Source of the DNA: Octopus bimaculoides
Taxonomy: Eukaryota
DNA: 64,000 nucleotides
NCBI RefSeq assembly: GCF_001194135.2
Contig: NC_068981.1
Location: forward strand, 20,115,443 to 20,179,442
Direction: 5' to 3'
Under the pieces are notes generated by a model that was not told where the DNA came from, searched no databases, and saw only the letters and a list, made by a program, of their open reading frames with translations. Shown here one piece after another: positions 1-12,619 of this stretch. How positions within the stretch are numbered: the stretch's first letter is position 1; the number at the start of each line of letters is the position of its first letter. A program made the position numbers and the translations under genes.

Positions 1-19
1 TGTCTGTGTGCTCCATTGA

Positions 20-110
20 TCCGGAGAGCTATGCTGGAGGGAGAGAAATCTTCAGGCAGGTCTTACCAGGCCAGACAGGTCAAAGGGTAGGAGACAGATA
101 AAACGTTAAT
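20..110 (+). mobile_element. Possible RTE-clade LINE 5'-UTR fragment
   Basis: The stretch gagctatgctgg...ccaggccagacaggtcaaagggtagg resembles, from memory, the 5' UTR motif of RTE-type LINEs. No ORF follows. Not verified by search. Confidence 0.3.
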
Positions 111-361
111 GACAATAAATCAAAGCGGCGGCAGCAGGGCGTGGATTTAGTTGTCGGCAGGACCTAACAGATCAGATTCCTGGCTTTGAACTAGCAGGAT
201 GTCATGCAGAGGATCTTAAATACAAGACAATGGATGAGACCCTAATATTCCTAGTTAGATGGAAACTGCGGGACTACATGGAGCAGTGCCCTGTGACACC
301 TATAGTATGCACAACTAAAACCCCTGAAAAGGAGCATCCTATGGGATGACCTAGATGAGAG

Positions 362-638
362 ATTATCATTTAAATATATATGAGGATGTCTAGATATGCA
401 ACTATATGCATGAGAATACATACATACATATACTTACATACAAACAAACAAACAAAAATACCCTGTTGTTGATGTTGAAATTCCAATGAAGGAGCCTTGG
501 TTCTAGGCTAGAAACTGATTCTTTCTCTGTTGGTTAGAAATCTTGAAATAAACTAAATAATGACTACATACGTGCATACATACATACATACATACATACA
601 TACATACATACATACATACATACATACATACATACATA
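362..638 (+). repeat. Unclassified interspersed repeat 3' end with (TACA)n tail, copy 1
   Basis: Aligns by eye to 25138-25322. Shared blocks: atcatttaaatata, gtctagatatg, attccaatgaaggagccttg, agaaatcttgaaataaa. Ends in an (ATAC)n tract at about 569-638. Confidence 0.8.
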
Positions 639-2640
639 CGGCTGGATGGACAATCTATAGCTACTTTAGTAACATTGCTAGTATCTTGTAATTCAGAAAC
701 AGTATTTTTCAATAAAATGTACAACAGACAAGATAGTGACATCCATCTTGTCTTTTGTATTACCAGCTACAAAAGATTCTACTGAAGAATAAGGTGACCA
801 AATTCCTGAATTCTTTCATGGAACCATGATACTGAAATAGCTACAGACACTAAATATGTGTACACTGCATTTTATAAGTTGGAGGTGTGTGTCTTAGTGG
901 TTGAACTCATGATCATAAGATTGTGGTTTCAATTCCTGGACCAGGCAATGTGTTGTGTTCTTGAGCAAAGCACTTCATTTCTCATTGCCCCAGTCCACTC
1001 AGCTGGCAAAAGAGTAATCCAGTGATGGACTGGCAACCAATCCAGAGGGGAATATATACATCAAGACAACCGATATTAATTTTATTTGATTTCATGGCAG
1101 AATAAATGGTAAGACTTGAACTTAGAATAAAAAGATATAACAAAATACCACATGGCATTTATTTTGACTGGTAATCTACTGACTCTATTTTTCACCTTTC
1201 TATGCTTAAAGCCATAAATTTTAGGAGAGTAGCATAGCCAGTCAGAATTATGGAATGGTGTAGTCAATTAGATTAAGCCCAATACTTATCAACTCCTGAA
1301 AGATGAAAGGCAAATTCAATCTCTATGATAATAATGATACAGTGAATCAAGGTTGTCAAGGGTCATAACAGCAGTTCTGTTATTGATTTTAACATCTTTG
1401 TTACTGGTATAATTTCCAAAATACTTTACCTCTGCTTTGTTTGGAACCTAATGTTAGATTTACTCTTTCATATTACTTCGCTTGAAAATACTCTCTTAAA
1501 GTGAGACTTTAACTCCACTGACTATGGAAGTCAAGAGTTATCTGTAGAAAGTTCATTACTGGTGCAAATACACAGCTTGAATGGCTTGATACCTCCACCT
1601 CTCTCTTAATTACTCACACATTCCCCTCTCTCTGTTATACACACACATTCTCAATCTCTCTCCTTCAATCAAGAAATGGAGTCTTTTAAATTAGCTATAC
1701 CATTCCTGGCAGCTTTAGCAAAAGAAGGATGCATTGCATAACATTGACTTAGATACACTATCTCAGGAAAAACATGGGATGGTCATTGTTACAGCAGCTT
1801 TCAAAGCATTTAGGTGGATCAGAACTGGCCCTCTTAGGGCTACATAATGACAGTAAGATAAATTTAGCCTTATAAGTGGATTTGATGGACAGAAACTGAA
1901 CGAAGCCAGAGAACTGAATGAATACAGATACATACATATGCAAACACAAACACATACATATTCAGACACATACATATGTATATCAACACACACACACACA
2001 CACACATATGCACAGGGGTACACATACATTTTCAGGGAGTCTTTGAGTTACAATGATCACTTAATTGCTTACTCAAGAGGGTTTTCATACCAGAGATTAC
2101 AGACAAAAAGAAAAGCAAAATGATGAAACCATTCTCCATGCAGAACATTTAGTGTCCAGGATCTCTGACTTGTGGAGCTACATTGAACAGCTGTCGCTAT
2201 ATATAGGACTTATATGACTATCAAATGAATCCTTTTTTTCCAAGATCTTCATGAGTATTCATTGGTTGTAAACAAAGGTTTCACTGTTTATGCAAGCAGT
2301 GTCTTTACTTTTAATCTGCTGTAGAAGGCATATATGGGATTTTTTACAAATCTTGACACAAGCTTTGTAAGGTTCATTCATGCAGTGTCATTTGTTTACA
2401 GTTTCTGGCTTAACTATGTCTAGGCTGTTTGTTGTTTGATAGACTGGGAGATTATCACCTCACTTGGAAATAGACAGGGTTTTGTTCCAGGAAGGGTATC
2501 CAACCATAGAAACTCTGTCCCAAAGTTTTCTCGTCTGTCTCAAGAATGGAAAAGTAGAAAGTACACACTAAATTGATGATGGTTTGATGCTACAAATTCT
2601 AAATTGGTTTCTCTGATTTACATCGATCTTTCCTGGAATA

Positions 2641-2995
2641 TCTGTTATTCTGACCTATTAAATCTTCTTAAACTACCGCAATCACTAATCATTGCTTAAC
2701 TTAATTACACCTTCTTATACTGTCACAGTCAGTCAGTACTATTACTGACCTAATTAAATTTTCTTATCCTGTCACAATATTGTTGACCTAATTAACCCTT
2801 CTCATGTAGTTACAATTACTGTTATTGCTGATCCAATTAAACCTTATACTGTCATTATCAATCATTATTAGAGTTGACATAAATAAACCCACTCATGCTG
2901 TTAAATTCATTTTATTGTTGACCTAATTAAACCTCAGTCATTAATCACTTACTGTTGACTTAATTAAATCTTCTTGTATTGTCACAGTCAATCAT
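2641..2995. repeat. Degenerate minisatellite, about 8 units of 37-49 bp, core TGACCTAATTAAA
   Basis: Core variants start at 2651, 2697, 2746, 2784, 2829, 2875, 2919 and 2956. Confidence 0.8.
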
Positions 2996-3069
2996 ATTTT
3001 TCCAGGATGTGAAGCTAACACTTACTAGGTGAACAACCAGGTGCTTCTTATATTAGCAATTCTCAAATA

Positions 3070-3850
3070 ATATAATAATGAACTTATTGTATACAGCGCT
3101 CAGGTCTACTACAACTCATCAGAAAAAATAATCAAAGCTGCATGAAACGAACAGCGAAAATGTCTTTAAAAAATAAAGGAAGAAGAAATGAGGGTGGAGG
3201 GCATTTCAGGAAACATGGAAGTTTTGAAAGATGTAGTGTTTCTACAGCCAACAACTGATGCAGGTAGTTTATTCCATGCTTCAGCAATTCTGAACATGAA
3301 AAAATATTTCTGAAAGTCATGGGTATTGTGTTGCCTTTTTGATTTTGTAAGCATGTCCACATGTGTTAGACACATGGAATTCAAAGAGGTGCCCAAGGTT
3401 GTTGTTGGAAAGATGGTGGATAATCTTATTTCTTTATTGCCCACAAGGGGCTAAACATAGAGGGGACAAACAAGGACAGACAAAGGGATTAAGTTGATTA
3501 CATCGACCCAAGTGTGTAACTGGTACTTAATTTATCGACCCCGAAAGGATGAAGGGCAAAGTCGACCTCAGCGGAATTTGAACTCAGAACGTAGCGGCAG
3601 ATGAAATACTGCTAAGCATTTCACCCGGTATGCTAACGTTTCTGCCAGCTCGCCACTTTAAATGGTGGATAATCTTGTGGGTGTCTACCTAGTCAGTTGC
3701 CAGATATCAAAGCTTTAATGTATCCATGCCCTGGGAAGTAAGACATTCAGTGTTTGGTAGATGCCTAATAGCAGGTATTTGTCTTGTTGCATGTCTTTGA
3801 AGTTTCCAGGAGACTGATATGCCAAGCAAGATAGGGGCTCCAGACTGATC
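3070..3850 (-). mobile_element. 5'-truncated CR1/L2-group LINE 3' end (decayed ORF2 C-terminus and 3' UTR), interrupted by a SINE
   Basis: Minus-strand translation gives SVWSPYL...LQRHATRQIPAIRHL...GMDTLKL*...HKIIHHL...GHAYKI...FFMFRIAEAWNKLPASVV...SFKT. This matches the CR1/L2 ORF2 C-terminal pattern (WSPY, RGH..K, FF..RV...WN.LP). It carries stops and frameshifts and an (ATT)-type tail. Confidence 0.85.
3428..3661 (-). mobile_element. tRNA-derived SINE (family B) inserted in the LINE, with 15-bp TSD
   Basis: Head gtggcgagctggcagaa...gagttcaaattcc (B-box-like) on the minus strand. Flanked by identical ATGGTGGATAATCTT at 3413-3427 and 3662-3676. Confidence 0.9.
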
Positions 3851-4505
3851 TACATTAATGTTTGAGCGTCATTGACAATATGTTATTCATCATTTTCTTA
3901 TACACAAATAGGATTAATAAAGTGAAACAAGCATGTTTTTCTAAATTCGTCACTTTGGAACATAACTTTCCAGAGATAATCTTCTTTAAAGTATAACACT
4001 GAATACACTGTTACACTTCAAACAACCTTAACTATGGAGAGGCAAGCAGTGACAAGCTTGTCATTCTATAGTTGTGCTAAACCATATTAGATATTCCAGT
4101 ATAGCTTATATTGTGGTATAAAATACTTTCATTTCTGTTTCACGCCTCACTAAACAAGATTAATATAACATTTCACTGCTTGACTGAGTCTTTTATTCTT
4201 TGATTCTTTTCACTGGTTTTACTCATTGGATTGCAGCCATGCTGAAGCATTACTTTCAGGAATTTAGTTGGCCATATCAACCATTTTATTGATTTCTGTT
4301 TGTAGAATGTAAAAGAACAGAAGTTGACCAACCAGTGATAAATGACAGCCAAATCTTCCTTAAATCACTCCCCACTATATAAAAAAAAATTGAGAGGAAT
4401 AGCATGGTTTGTTCAATAACAGTTGAGTGGAGGTTGTTACTAAACAACAGCACACACACACACTACTTGCATATATACTATACATGCATGCATACATATA
4501 CATGT

Positions 4506-4910
4506 TATCATCATCGTTTTAACATCCACTTTTGTGTGCTAGCATGGGTCAGATGGAATTTGTTGAGGTAGATTTTCTATGGCCAGATGCCTTTCTTGTT
4601 GCTAACCATCACCTGTTTCCTAGTTAGATAGTATTTCCCCCATGACAAGACATGATCTTACAGAAGCCTGAAAATGAAAGAAACTACTTGTATGATGATG
4701 ACACTTGCTTAAAACTATCATGAGATGGCAAGGCATGGAGATTGTAATACACACATATACATATATATAAGATAGGCTTCTTTCAGTTTCCATCTACCAA
4801 ATTCACCCACAAGGCTTATAGTAGAAGTCATTTGCCCAAGATGTCATGCAGTAGGACTGAACTTGGAACCATGTGGTTGGGGAAAAAACTTCCTATCACA
4901 CACATGCATG
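4506..4910 (-). mobile_element. Decayed SINE with family-A head and (GAT)n RTE-like tail
   Basis: Minus strand carries ...gtagatggaaactgaaagaagcc... and ends gcatgg-like/gttaaaacgatgatga. Homologous to other copies in the window. Confidence 0.7.
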
Positions 4911-5094
4911 CATACACACACACACTCACATATTTTCAAAGGACTCCTACACAGTGTCCATTTGTTAAGTTACTAAACTCTACTTAAAAATCAGAACAGC
5001 GGGATCAATCCCAGAATTAAATTGTTGTAAAGCGAACCTTTTTAGACACATGGCTATACCTATATCTATGTATATCTATATATATTTTCACTTA

Positions 5095-5425
5095 AAGGCT
5101 GCAAGCTGGCAGAATCATTAGCATGCTTGGCAAAATCCTTAGCAGCATTTTGTCCATCTTTACATTCTGAGTTCAGATTCTACTGAAGTCAACTTTACCT
5201 TTCATCCTTTTGTGATCAGTAAAATAAATACCATCTGAGCACTTGCTGGCCTTGTGCCAAAATTTGAAACCAATATTTTCAGACACTGGGTGATGGATTA
5301 GCAGAATCAATAAAGCAACAGACAAAATGCTTTGTAGTAATTTTTTATATCGGTTTGCAATCTGATTCTCAATTCCGTCAAAGTCAACTTTGCCTTTAAC
5401 CTTTCTGCCATTGATAAAATAAAGC
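5095..5425 (+). mobile_element. Two tandem decayed family-B SINEs
   Basis: Two successive agctggcagaatc / attagcagaatc heads, each followed by gtcaacttt(a/g)cctt. Confidence 0.7.
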
Positions 5426-5541
5426 ATTTATTGGAAGGTTTGCTCTCTCTCTCTTGATGTTTGAGGACTGGTGACTGTTAAAAATCAGTATTTTATTTTT
5501 AGGCTAGGTTGTAAAGAATATTATATATTTGAAAAGTTTTA

Positions 5542-5930
5542 GCATGGTTGTGTGGTAAGTAGCTTGCTTACCAACTACATGGTCCCGGGTTCAGTCCCAC
5601 TGCATGGCATCTTGAACAAGTGTCTTCTACTATAGCCTCGGCCCAACCAAAGCCTTATCAGTGGATTTATTTGACAGAAACTGAAAGAAGCCCATGGAGT
5701 GTGTGTATGTGTGAGCATGCATGCATGTATGAGTGTGTTTGTCCCCACCACCATTTGATTACTGGTGTTGGTATTACATCTCCATAACTTAACAGTTCAC
5801 CAAAAGAGACCAATAGAATAGGTACCAGGCTTAAAAAAAAAAAATAATAATAAGTGCTGGGATCGAATTATGCAACTAAAATACTTCAAGGCAGTACCCC
5901 TTGCATGGTTGCAGTCTAAAATAAAAGAGG
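5542..5930 (+). mobile_element. tRNA-derived CORE-like SINE (family A), decayed full-length copy
   Basis: Head gtgtggtaagtagcttgcttacc...gggttcagtccc, then caagtgtcttctactatagcc, a (TG)n middle, and a 3' block homologous to 46099-46591. Confidence 0.85.
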
Positions 5931-6372
5931 TATAAGTGAAAGTGTTGTTGTTATGACGATTGACTTCAGGTCCCCATTGATCAAGCAGATCTGTGATCAA
6001 ACGTAATCCAGCTACAACCATCCCATCTTTTCACATCGTGTAGGGAACCCAAGACCACATGATCCAATGTGCCCTTTTCTGAGATGATAGAGTGTAAGCT
6101 GAGAGAGATTTGACTGCTATTTCTAGTGGTCAGCAACCACACAGATGCTCCTGTACTAGTTCATAAATAAAAAGGGTAATAGAAGTAGGTGAAGAGGTCA
6201 TCTTCTAGTTTTATCCCAGTAACCTCAATATAAATAGTAACCAGCATTATCTCATGTTCTTCTTGATCATATCACTTATCATTTCTTCCAAACTGTGTCT
6301 ATTGGGGATTCATGGTTGTAAATTGCTAAATGGAAATGCTATAACTTGATTATGTTAATCTCACATAGACAT

Positions 6373-6414
<42 letters not shown>

Positions 6415-6572
6415 ATAACATAAATAAGCACACTTACACCTAATGCCGTACTCCTGCTTTCTCTCTCTCCCTCTCTCCCTTTCTTTTTTTTTCTTGCAGA
6501 CAAAACTGTAAGTTTAAAACTGCATTACTGATCACATGGCTAGAAGCTCAAAGCACCATGCATCCACAGGGA

Positions 6573-6750
6573 AACCTTCTAAAAACAGCAGCCAAATTGC
6601 TCTCAAATCACACCTTTTCATATTAAAAATAGCAGAATACATTGTATAATGTAATCCAAGAGACACTAGATATGCTACTAGAGATCATGGTATTCATGAC
6701 TTGATCAAAGCTGACCTGGGGTTAAATTGCAACAACAATAACAACAACTA
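6573..6750 (+). repeat. Interspersed repeat family D with (CAA)n tail
   Basis: cagcagccaaat...tcaaatcacacc...gctgacctggggttaaa + caacaac. Related copies lie at about 5942-6140 (-), 18525-18720 (+), 19240-19305 (-), 33885-34075 (+), 37940-38095 (-) and 43520-43700 (+). Confidence 0.75.
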
Positions 6751-8299
6751 CTTCAGAACGCTAAATGAATGAGACAAATCTCTTCCAGGATAAGAAGCCA
6801 GTCTGCTTTAGTTAACATTATCACATGATTCGTTACCTATATTTGATAACTCAGACGATAAAGAAAATTACATGCACTTCACAGATACACACACCAAAAT
6901 ACTTTCATTAAATTTGACCTAGCAACCCATACACAAGTTGGTAGTTGTATACCATTGCTACTCTACTAATTCATTTCTACATCATCATGAGTCAAGGAGA
7001 CTTAGGGAATGTTTTATCAAGTTCAAATTAAACTTCGGTTGAACGGTGAATAAGTGGTTACTTGACTATTGTCGATCAGCTGCAGATAGTGATATTTTGG
7101 CAAAATTGTTAGAGCATCAGGCAACATGCCAAATAATATTTAGTTATAGTTATTTATTCCCTGAGCTGAAATCCTACCAAGATCAACTTTGTGTCATCCT
7201 TTCAGGATTGATAAAATAAAGGACCAATCAATTTGTTTGACTGATACTGGTGTCTCAAAGCTTCATCATGCAAAATACTATGGTGAGAATCTTGAATGAA
7301 TCTTCCTAGCGCAATTTGCAATTTAAGAGTGAATGAGAGCAAAAACACCAATCGTCACTGTATTCCTGTGAACAGCAGTGATACCAGTTTTCCTAACTTA
7401 CAAGGAATAGTTGACAGAAGAAATGTCAAAAGTGTGGTTGATTTATATTCCTATAATACATCCTTGCTGTGAATGGAATTATAATACAAAACACAAGACG
7501 GCTGTACAGCTAAGACTATCCATTCTCTACTGATATATTAGTCCCTTTTCAGTAGGTCCCTCAGATATTTTTATCTTTTCCAACTCAACCCTAGTTTCAT
7601 CAACAAGGTAACATGAAACTTAAGAACTAGCCAGGCACTGCAAAGCACTTGTATAAAAGGTGATTGTTTGTGATCAGCTTTAAATATACTTCAGTAAACA
7701 AAGATATTTATGCCAAAGGTTAAGAAATAAATCCGTCATAAGTAACTTCAATTTAATTTCTATTAGCCAATGTGTAAATCAGCTTCTGCTAAAGTCTAAA
7801 GATGATTTAATCCCACTTGTAGTTCTGAACAAATTTATATTATGGAAAAGATAAAATGGAGAGAAAAAAAAATTGAAACAAAGACGTTTCACTAAATATA
7901 GACACCAGTGAAAGCTTCTTCATGTATGATTGACCTTTTGGGCATTAGTTAATATTTCATACTTAAGACTTATTACTTTGAATGCTCCACATTCTAAGTG
8001 GCTAGATTCCAACTAAAATACTACTTCAATAGTTCGATTAATGTTCTAGTTTTGTTCACACCTACATCTAATTTGTTTCATTTGCTGGGGAGCTTTTGAC
8101 ACTTTCAATACACCTTGCTTTCTTATTACTATATCTTATCCACTTACTCATATACATATTCACATACACCCATGTGTGAGCATGCCAAAGAGGAAGAGAA
8201 AAATAATCCCTCATTTTAGTTCTTATTAAAGACTGACTGTAAACATGTTATAACACTTATTGTCTGGAAAAGAGTTTTATTACAAGATGTCTTATAACA

Positions 8300-8460
8300 C
8301 GTGAACTATCTTGTGACCTTAGTCGATTTTATGATCTGTGACTATGTTATGACCTAGATTCATCTTATAATCTGTAATCTACCTTATGACCTGTGGTCTT
8401 GTGACCTTGTGATCTATCTTATGACTTATGATTTATATGACTTATGATTATATGACTTGA
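8300..8460. repeat. Degenerate short-period tandem repeat (TTATGAC / TGTGACC-like)
   Basis: More than a dozen ttatgac/ttatgat/tgtgac variants in 160 bp. Confidence 0.75.
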
Positions 8461-10323
8461 AATCTAATGTTCCATTGCTAGTCAAATGACATTCTACTGA
8501 CAATATGCAAACAATCATGCTGTCAGAGTATATTTAATAAAAAGTTATGTTTGCTATTACTGGTTTTTCTGTAATTTATACTCAAGTAAGGTACTAAACA
8601 CTTTATTGGATTTTTCCTCCCCATAAAATTTGTGAACACCCTAATAGTTCAAGTTTTCTTTTCTGCACAGCAAATCTAAATTATATATCCATATCTGTAC
8701 TCCTCCTTTCTCTTTCTCTCAACCATTCTTAGTAAATCTTACATTAAAACCTTCTTTGATTAAAGGACTTTCTTCCCCTTTTCTATTGTTGTTGTTATCT
8801 AATCAAAGGAGTTGCTGTAGCCTCAAAGTTTACAGTCCTCTACAAACTAGTGAGATCCTTGTGAGTGGTGTTAAGTATGAACATCTATAGTTTGAAGTCA
8901 GAATGAAAAAATGTGGATAGAAGGTGAATTCCAATGGGTTTCACAGTGGAATAGGTGGCTGAAATGTTTAGTGCAGGATCTGAAAAATTTGGTATTGACA
9001 GGAGAATAAAGGTGACTTAAGGATAAGGGCAACAGGAGGATAACTAGATAGGTCAGGTGAAACTGAATAGAGCAAGTAGGCAGTTAGCTAAGTTCTATGG
9101 AGCAGATACCATTGTGGATGAAATGGAAGAGGCAGAAAGGAAGAAACAGTACATCTGTGGCTTAAGTCTTTTGTTAATAGTATTTACTAATTAGTCAAAT
9201 GGCCCTCTTTTGGAATGCAGGCTTGGATGTTAATTGTATATTACATATTAACTGCACTTAATCTACCTTACTCTTTTGCTCCTATCCGTGATGGAGTGTA
9301 AAAGCTATGAGAATTACCTTCCACCTTTGACATTAGTTCACCATATTTCATACCATCTTTGTATGATGAGTTCAACCTTATCTAAAACTAACTTCCTTCA
9401 TTTCCAATGTTTTATTTGTGTTATTATCATAATTGTTTTCTCTGCTAAAATGTTTGCTGGACAATAAAAGACTATTATGCAATTTAATCTCCAAAATAAT
9501 AGGTGATATTTCTATACTGATACTGCTTTCAATGTCCTTTCATTGTTTTTTTTTTCTTTCATTTTGATATTGATATGGTGTTCTTTATATTCATTGGAAG
9601 TGAAGCTTATGTAATATCTTGATATCTTTCAACAGACCAAATAATACAGATGAATGCTGTAAAGTTTACTATTCATGTTGTTGCATAGTTCTATTGTTGT
9701 TGTAGAGGAAATAGCCTGTTGTTTGAGTGTCACTGATAGTGTTTATCAGAGTAAATCTTGTTATCTTTTTCACCAAACTATAATGTATTCACTGCCCATG
9801 GCAAAATCGATAACTAAGAATAAATGCAGTGACATGCACTAAATTACCAGGTGCATATACATTTTAATTAATATGCTCAATTGCAGTTCAAAGTATCTGC
9901 TAGTTCCCTGTGCTTTTATTTTCGGCTACACTGATGTTATTAAAAAAACAAAAGAAGCTAGCATACTCTCAGACATTCCTCCCATGTCTATGTTTTGGTT
10001 TAGTGGTAGTAATAATGGAGGTGGTGGTAATGGTGGTAGTGGTAGTGGGATGGATATTGTAGAGGCGTTTTTGGTATTGTCGGGGTGATTATATCATTTT
10101 AATTTCATGTTACGGCAGATTGAGACCGATATTAATAGTCATCTCACAGACTCTATGTGTGTGTGTGTGCACATGCTCATATTTTCTATATGTGTATATA
10201 TATTCACATACTACTTTGTGTGTGTATGTTTGTACTCATATTGTTTTCTATGTGTATGTATTCATATTCTTTTCTATATGTGAAGATATATATGTGTGTG
10301 TTTTATTTGAATGTATGCTTCAT

Positions 10324-10925
10324 NNNNNNNNNNNNNNNNNNNNNNNNNNNNNNNNNNNNNNNNNNNNNNNNNNNNNNNNNNNNNNNNNNNNNNNNNNNNN
10401 NNNNNNNNNNNNNNNNNNNNNNNNNNNNNNNNNNNNNNNNNNNNNNNNNNNNNNNNNNNNNNNNNNNNNNNNNNNNNNNNNNNNNNNNNNNNNNNNNNNN
10501 NNNNNNNNNNNNNNNNNNNNNNNNNNNNNNNNNNNNNNNNNNNNNNNNNNNNNNNNNNNNNNNNNNNNNNNNNNNNNNNNNNNNNNNNNNNNNNNNNNNN
10601 NNNNNNNNNNNNNNNNNNNNNNNNNNNNNNNNNNNNNNNNNNNNNNNNNNNNNNNNNNNNNNNNNNNNNNNNNNNNNNNNNNNNNNNNNNNNNNNNNNNN
10701 NNNNNNNNNNNNNNNNNNNNNNNNNNNNNNNNNNNNNNNNNNNNNNNNNNNNNNNNNNNNNNNNNNNNNNNNNNNNNNNNNNNNNNNNNNNNNNNNNNNN
10801 NNNNNNNNNNNNNNNNNNNNNNNNNNNNNNNNNNNNNNNNNNNNNNNNNNNNNNNNNNNNNNNNNNNNNNNNNNNNNNNNNNNNNNNNNNNNNNNNNNNN
10901 NNNNNNNNNNNNNNNNNNNNNNNNN
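10324..10925. other. Assembly gap (602 N). Other gaps: 22071-22080, 39977-39986, 40813-40822, 46313-46322, 59264-59526, 62833-63089
   Basis: N runs. Most gaps abut microsatellites. Confidence 1.
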
Positions 10926-11137
10926 ATGTGTGTGTATTCAATCTGTCTATGGTATATATGTATATGAGTACATAATGCAGTGTGTGAGTGTGTATTCACT
11001 TATAGCTTTGTATGTGTACATACACAATGCTTTGTATGTGTGTGCATTTACATACTGCATTATATGCATTGTATGCACTCATTGTTCTGTTAATGTATAT
11101 GTGTGTATGCCTTTGTAGAAGGATATGCATGCATATA

Positions 11138-11168
<31 letters not shown>

Positions 11169-11414
11169 TTGTATATGCCATACTTTGTTATTGTGTCATA
11201 ATATATGAAGGTGTGTATGTGAAATTGGTTTGAATGTAAAGAGCAGAATTTCTATTTTTCCTAAGCTGACTGCCCCATTAGAGGAAACTGCAATACATAG
11301 GGAATTAATTCTACCCACTTATCTCTGCTGCCTCACTTTCAGGGATGCTGTGTTATAGAAAACCTTTTGTTTGACAGTTGAGTTGCTTTTTAATTAGTCA
11401 TATATATATGGATA

Positions 11415-11449
<35 letters not shown>

Positions 11450-11513
11450 ATGCATACACACATAGAAGCATCCATACATATACACAACACACAAACATGT
11501 ATGTATGAGTATG

Positions 11514-11518
<5 letters not shown>

Positions 11519-11583
<65 letters not shown>
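11519..11583. repeat. (TA)n microsatellite
   Basis: Perfect TA run of about 32 units. Confidence 0.98.
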
Positions 11584-11586
<3 letters not shown>

Positions 11587-12619
11587 TGCTATTAAATGTA
11601 ATTAATATACAGACTTTTAAATATTTGAGCAGAAATCAAATAAGCGTTTCTTTCTCGAAATGTGGCATGTATTTATCAGATAGTGAAGTTAACATGATAT
11701 TGTAATTTATCCTTTTTTATATTTATATTTATATATCTTCTCAATTTTATATCTTTTATTGAATTTAATTTTAATTCCATTGAAGAAAATGAATGTTCCA
11801 ACATTATCATTAACAATTGGCTTACACATATTCCAGCTTGGAAAAAAAGATAATAATAATAATAATTGTTTCAGGCTATATTCTATTATTTTGCTCTTAT
11901 TAATAATTTACTTTATCACATTATAATTAAATGTGAGAATCCTGTTCTTTTTCCCCTTATTAAACAACATACCTGATAACTTTAATTATAAAGATGACTT
12001 TAATTATAAAGATTGTCAATGGCTGCCAGTTTTTGCTTCCTTATGTGAAATGTTTAGTTGGTTTACTGATTGGCAAGATAAAGCTTTTCAGATTTACAAG
12101 TTCTAACACTGGATTGCTTAATCGTAGTCTCCAACGGAAATACTAGTTGTAATTCATTCCATGGAAGCGTAATGAGCCATCAAATATGTTTGCCATCAAC
12201 TTGGCACCATGCATGCTTGCTGATTAGATCTACATGCAATCATTCCTCTTGTGTTCCTCCATCACAGAAGAATATTGCAACTTGTTTGCTAACAGGCAGA
12301 CTTTAATGAGCCTAATAGCATTCTCTCTGAAAATACACTTTATCTTATTACTATAGTCAACGTAGTGATGCATAATTATAGAGAAATGACCAAAGCATCA
12401 GAGTTCTGATTAGAATTATCTTCTATCTTTTAAACCTATGGGCGATGTCCTTTTTGCTATCAAATCAGTACTTCACAGTGCATTGGTGAATTACTACATT
12501 TTGTTTTACATTTTTATTTCTTCAGAATTAAAGCATAAAACATCATTGCTTGGAAGTTAATAAAGTGAAAAGTAAATAAAAATTCACATTCACTGTATAT
12601 ATATATATAGCAAAGCTGC

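Noticed and set aside
478-530. Hammerhead-like look of ccaatgaagg-agcct-tggttct-aggct-agaaac (also about 25223-25270)
   Set aside because: A hairpin and GAAAC are present, but both copies read CCAAUGA instead of CUGAUGA and no stem I partner can be built.
10120-11118. Long ORFs of 200-330 aa (also 59197-59609 and 62698-63309)
   Set aside because: They consist of N-gap X residues and translated (TG)/(TA)/(CT) microsatellites.
12476-12596. CAGTG...CACTG-bounded 120-bp segment resembling a Tc1-type MITE
   Set aside because: Terminal similarity is short and gapped, the left flank is CA rather than TA, and there is no second copy in the window.
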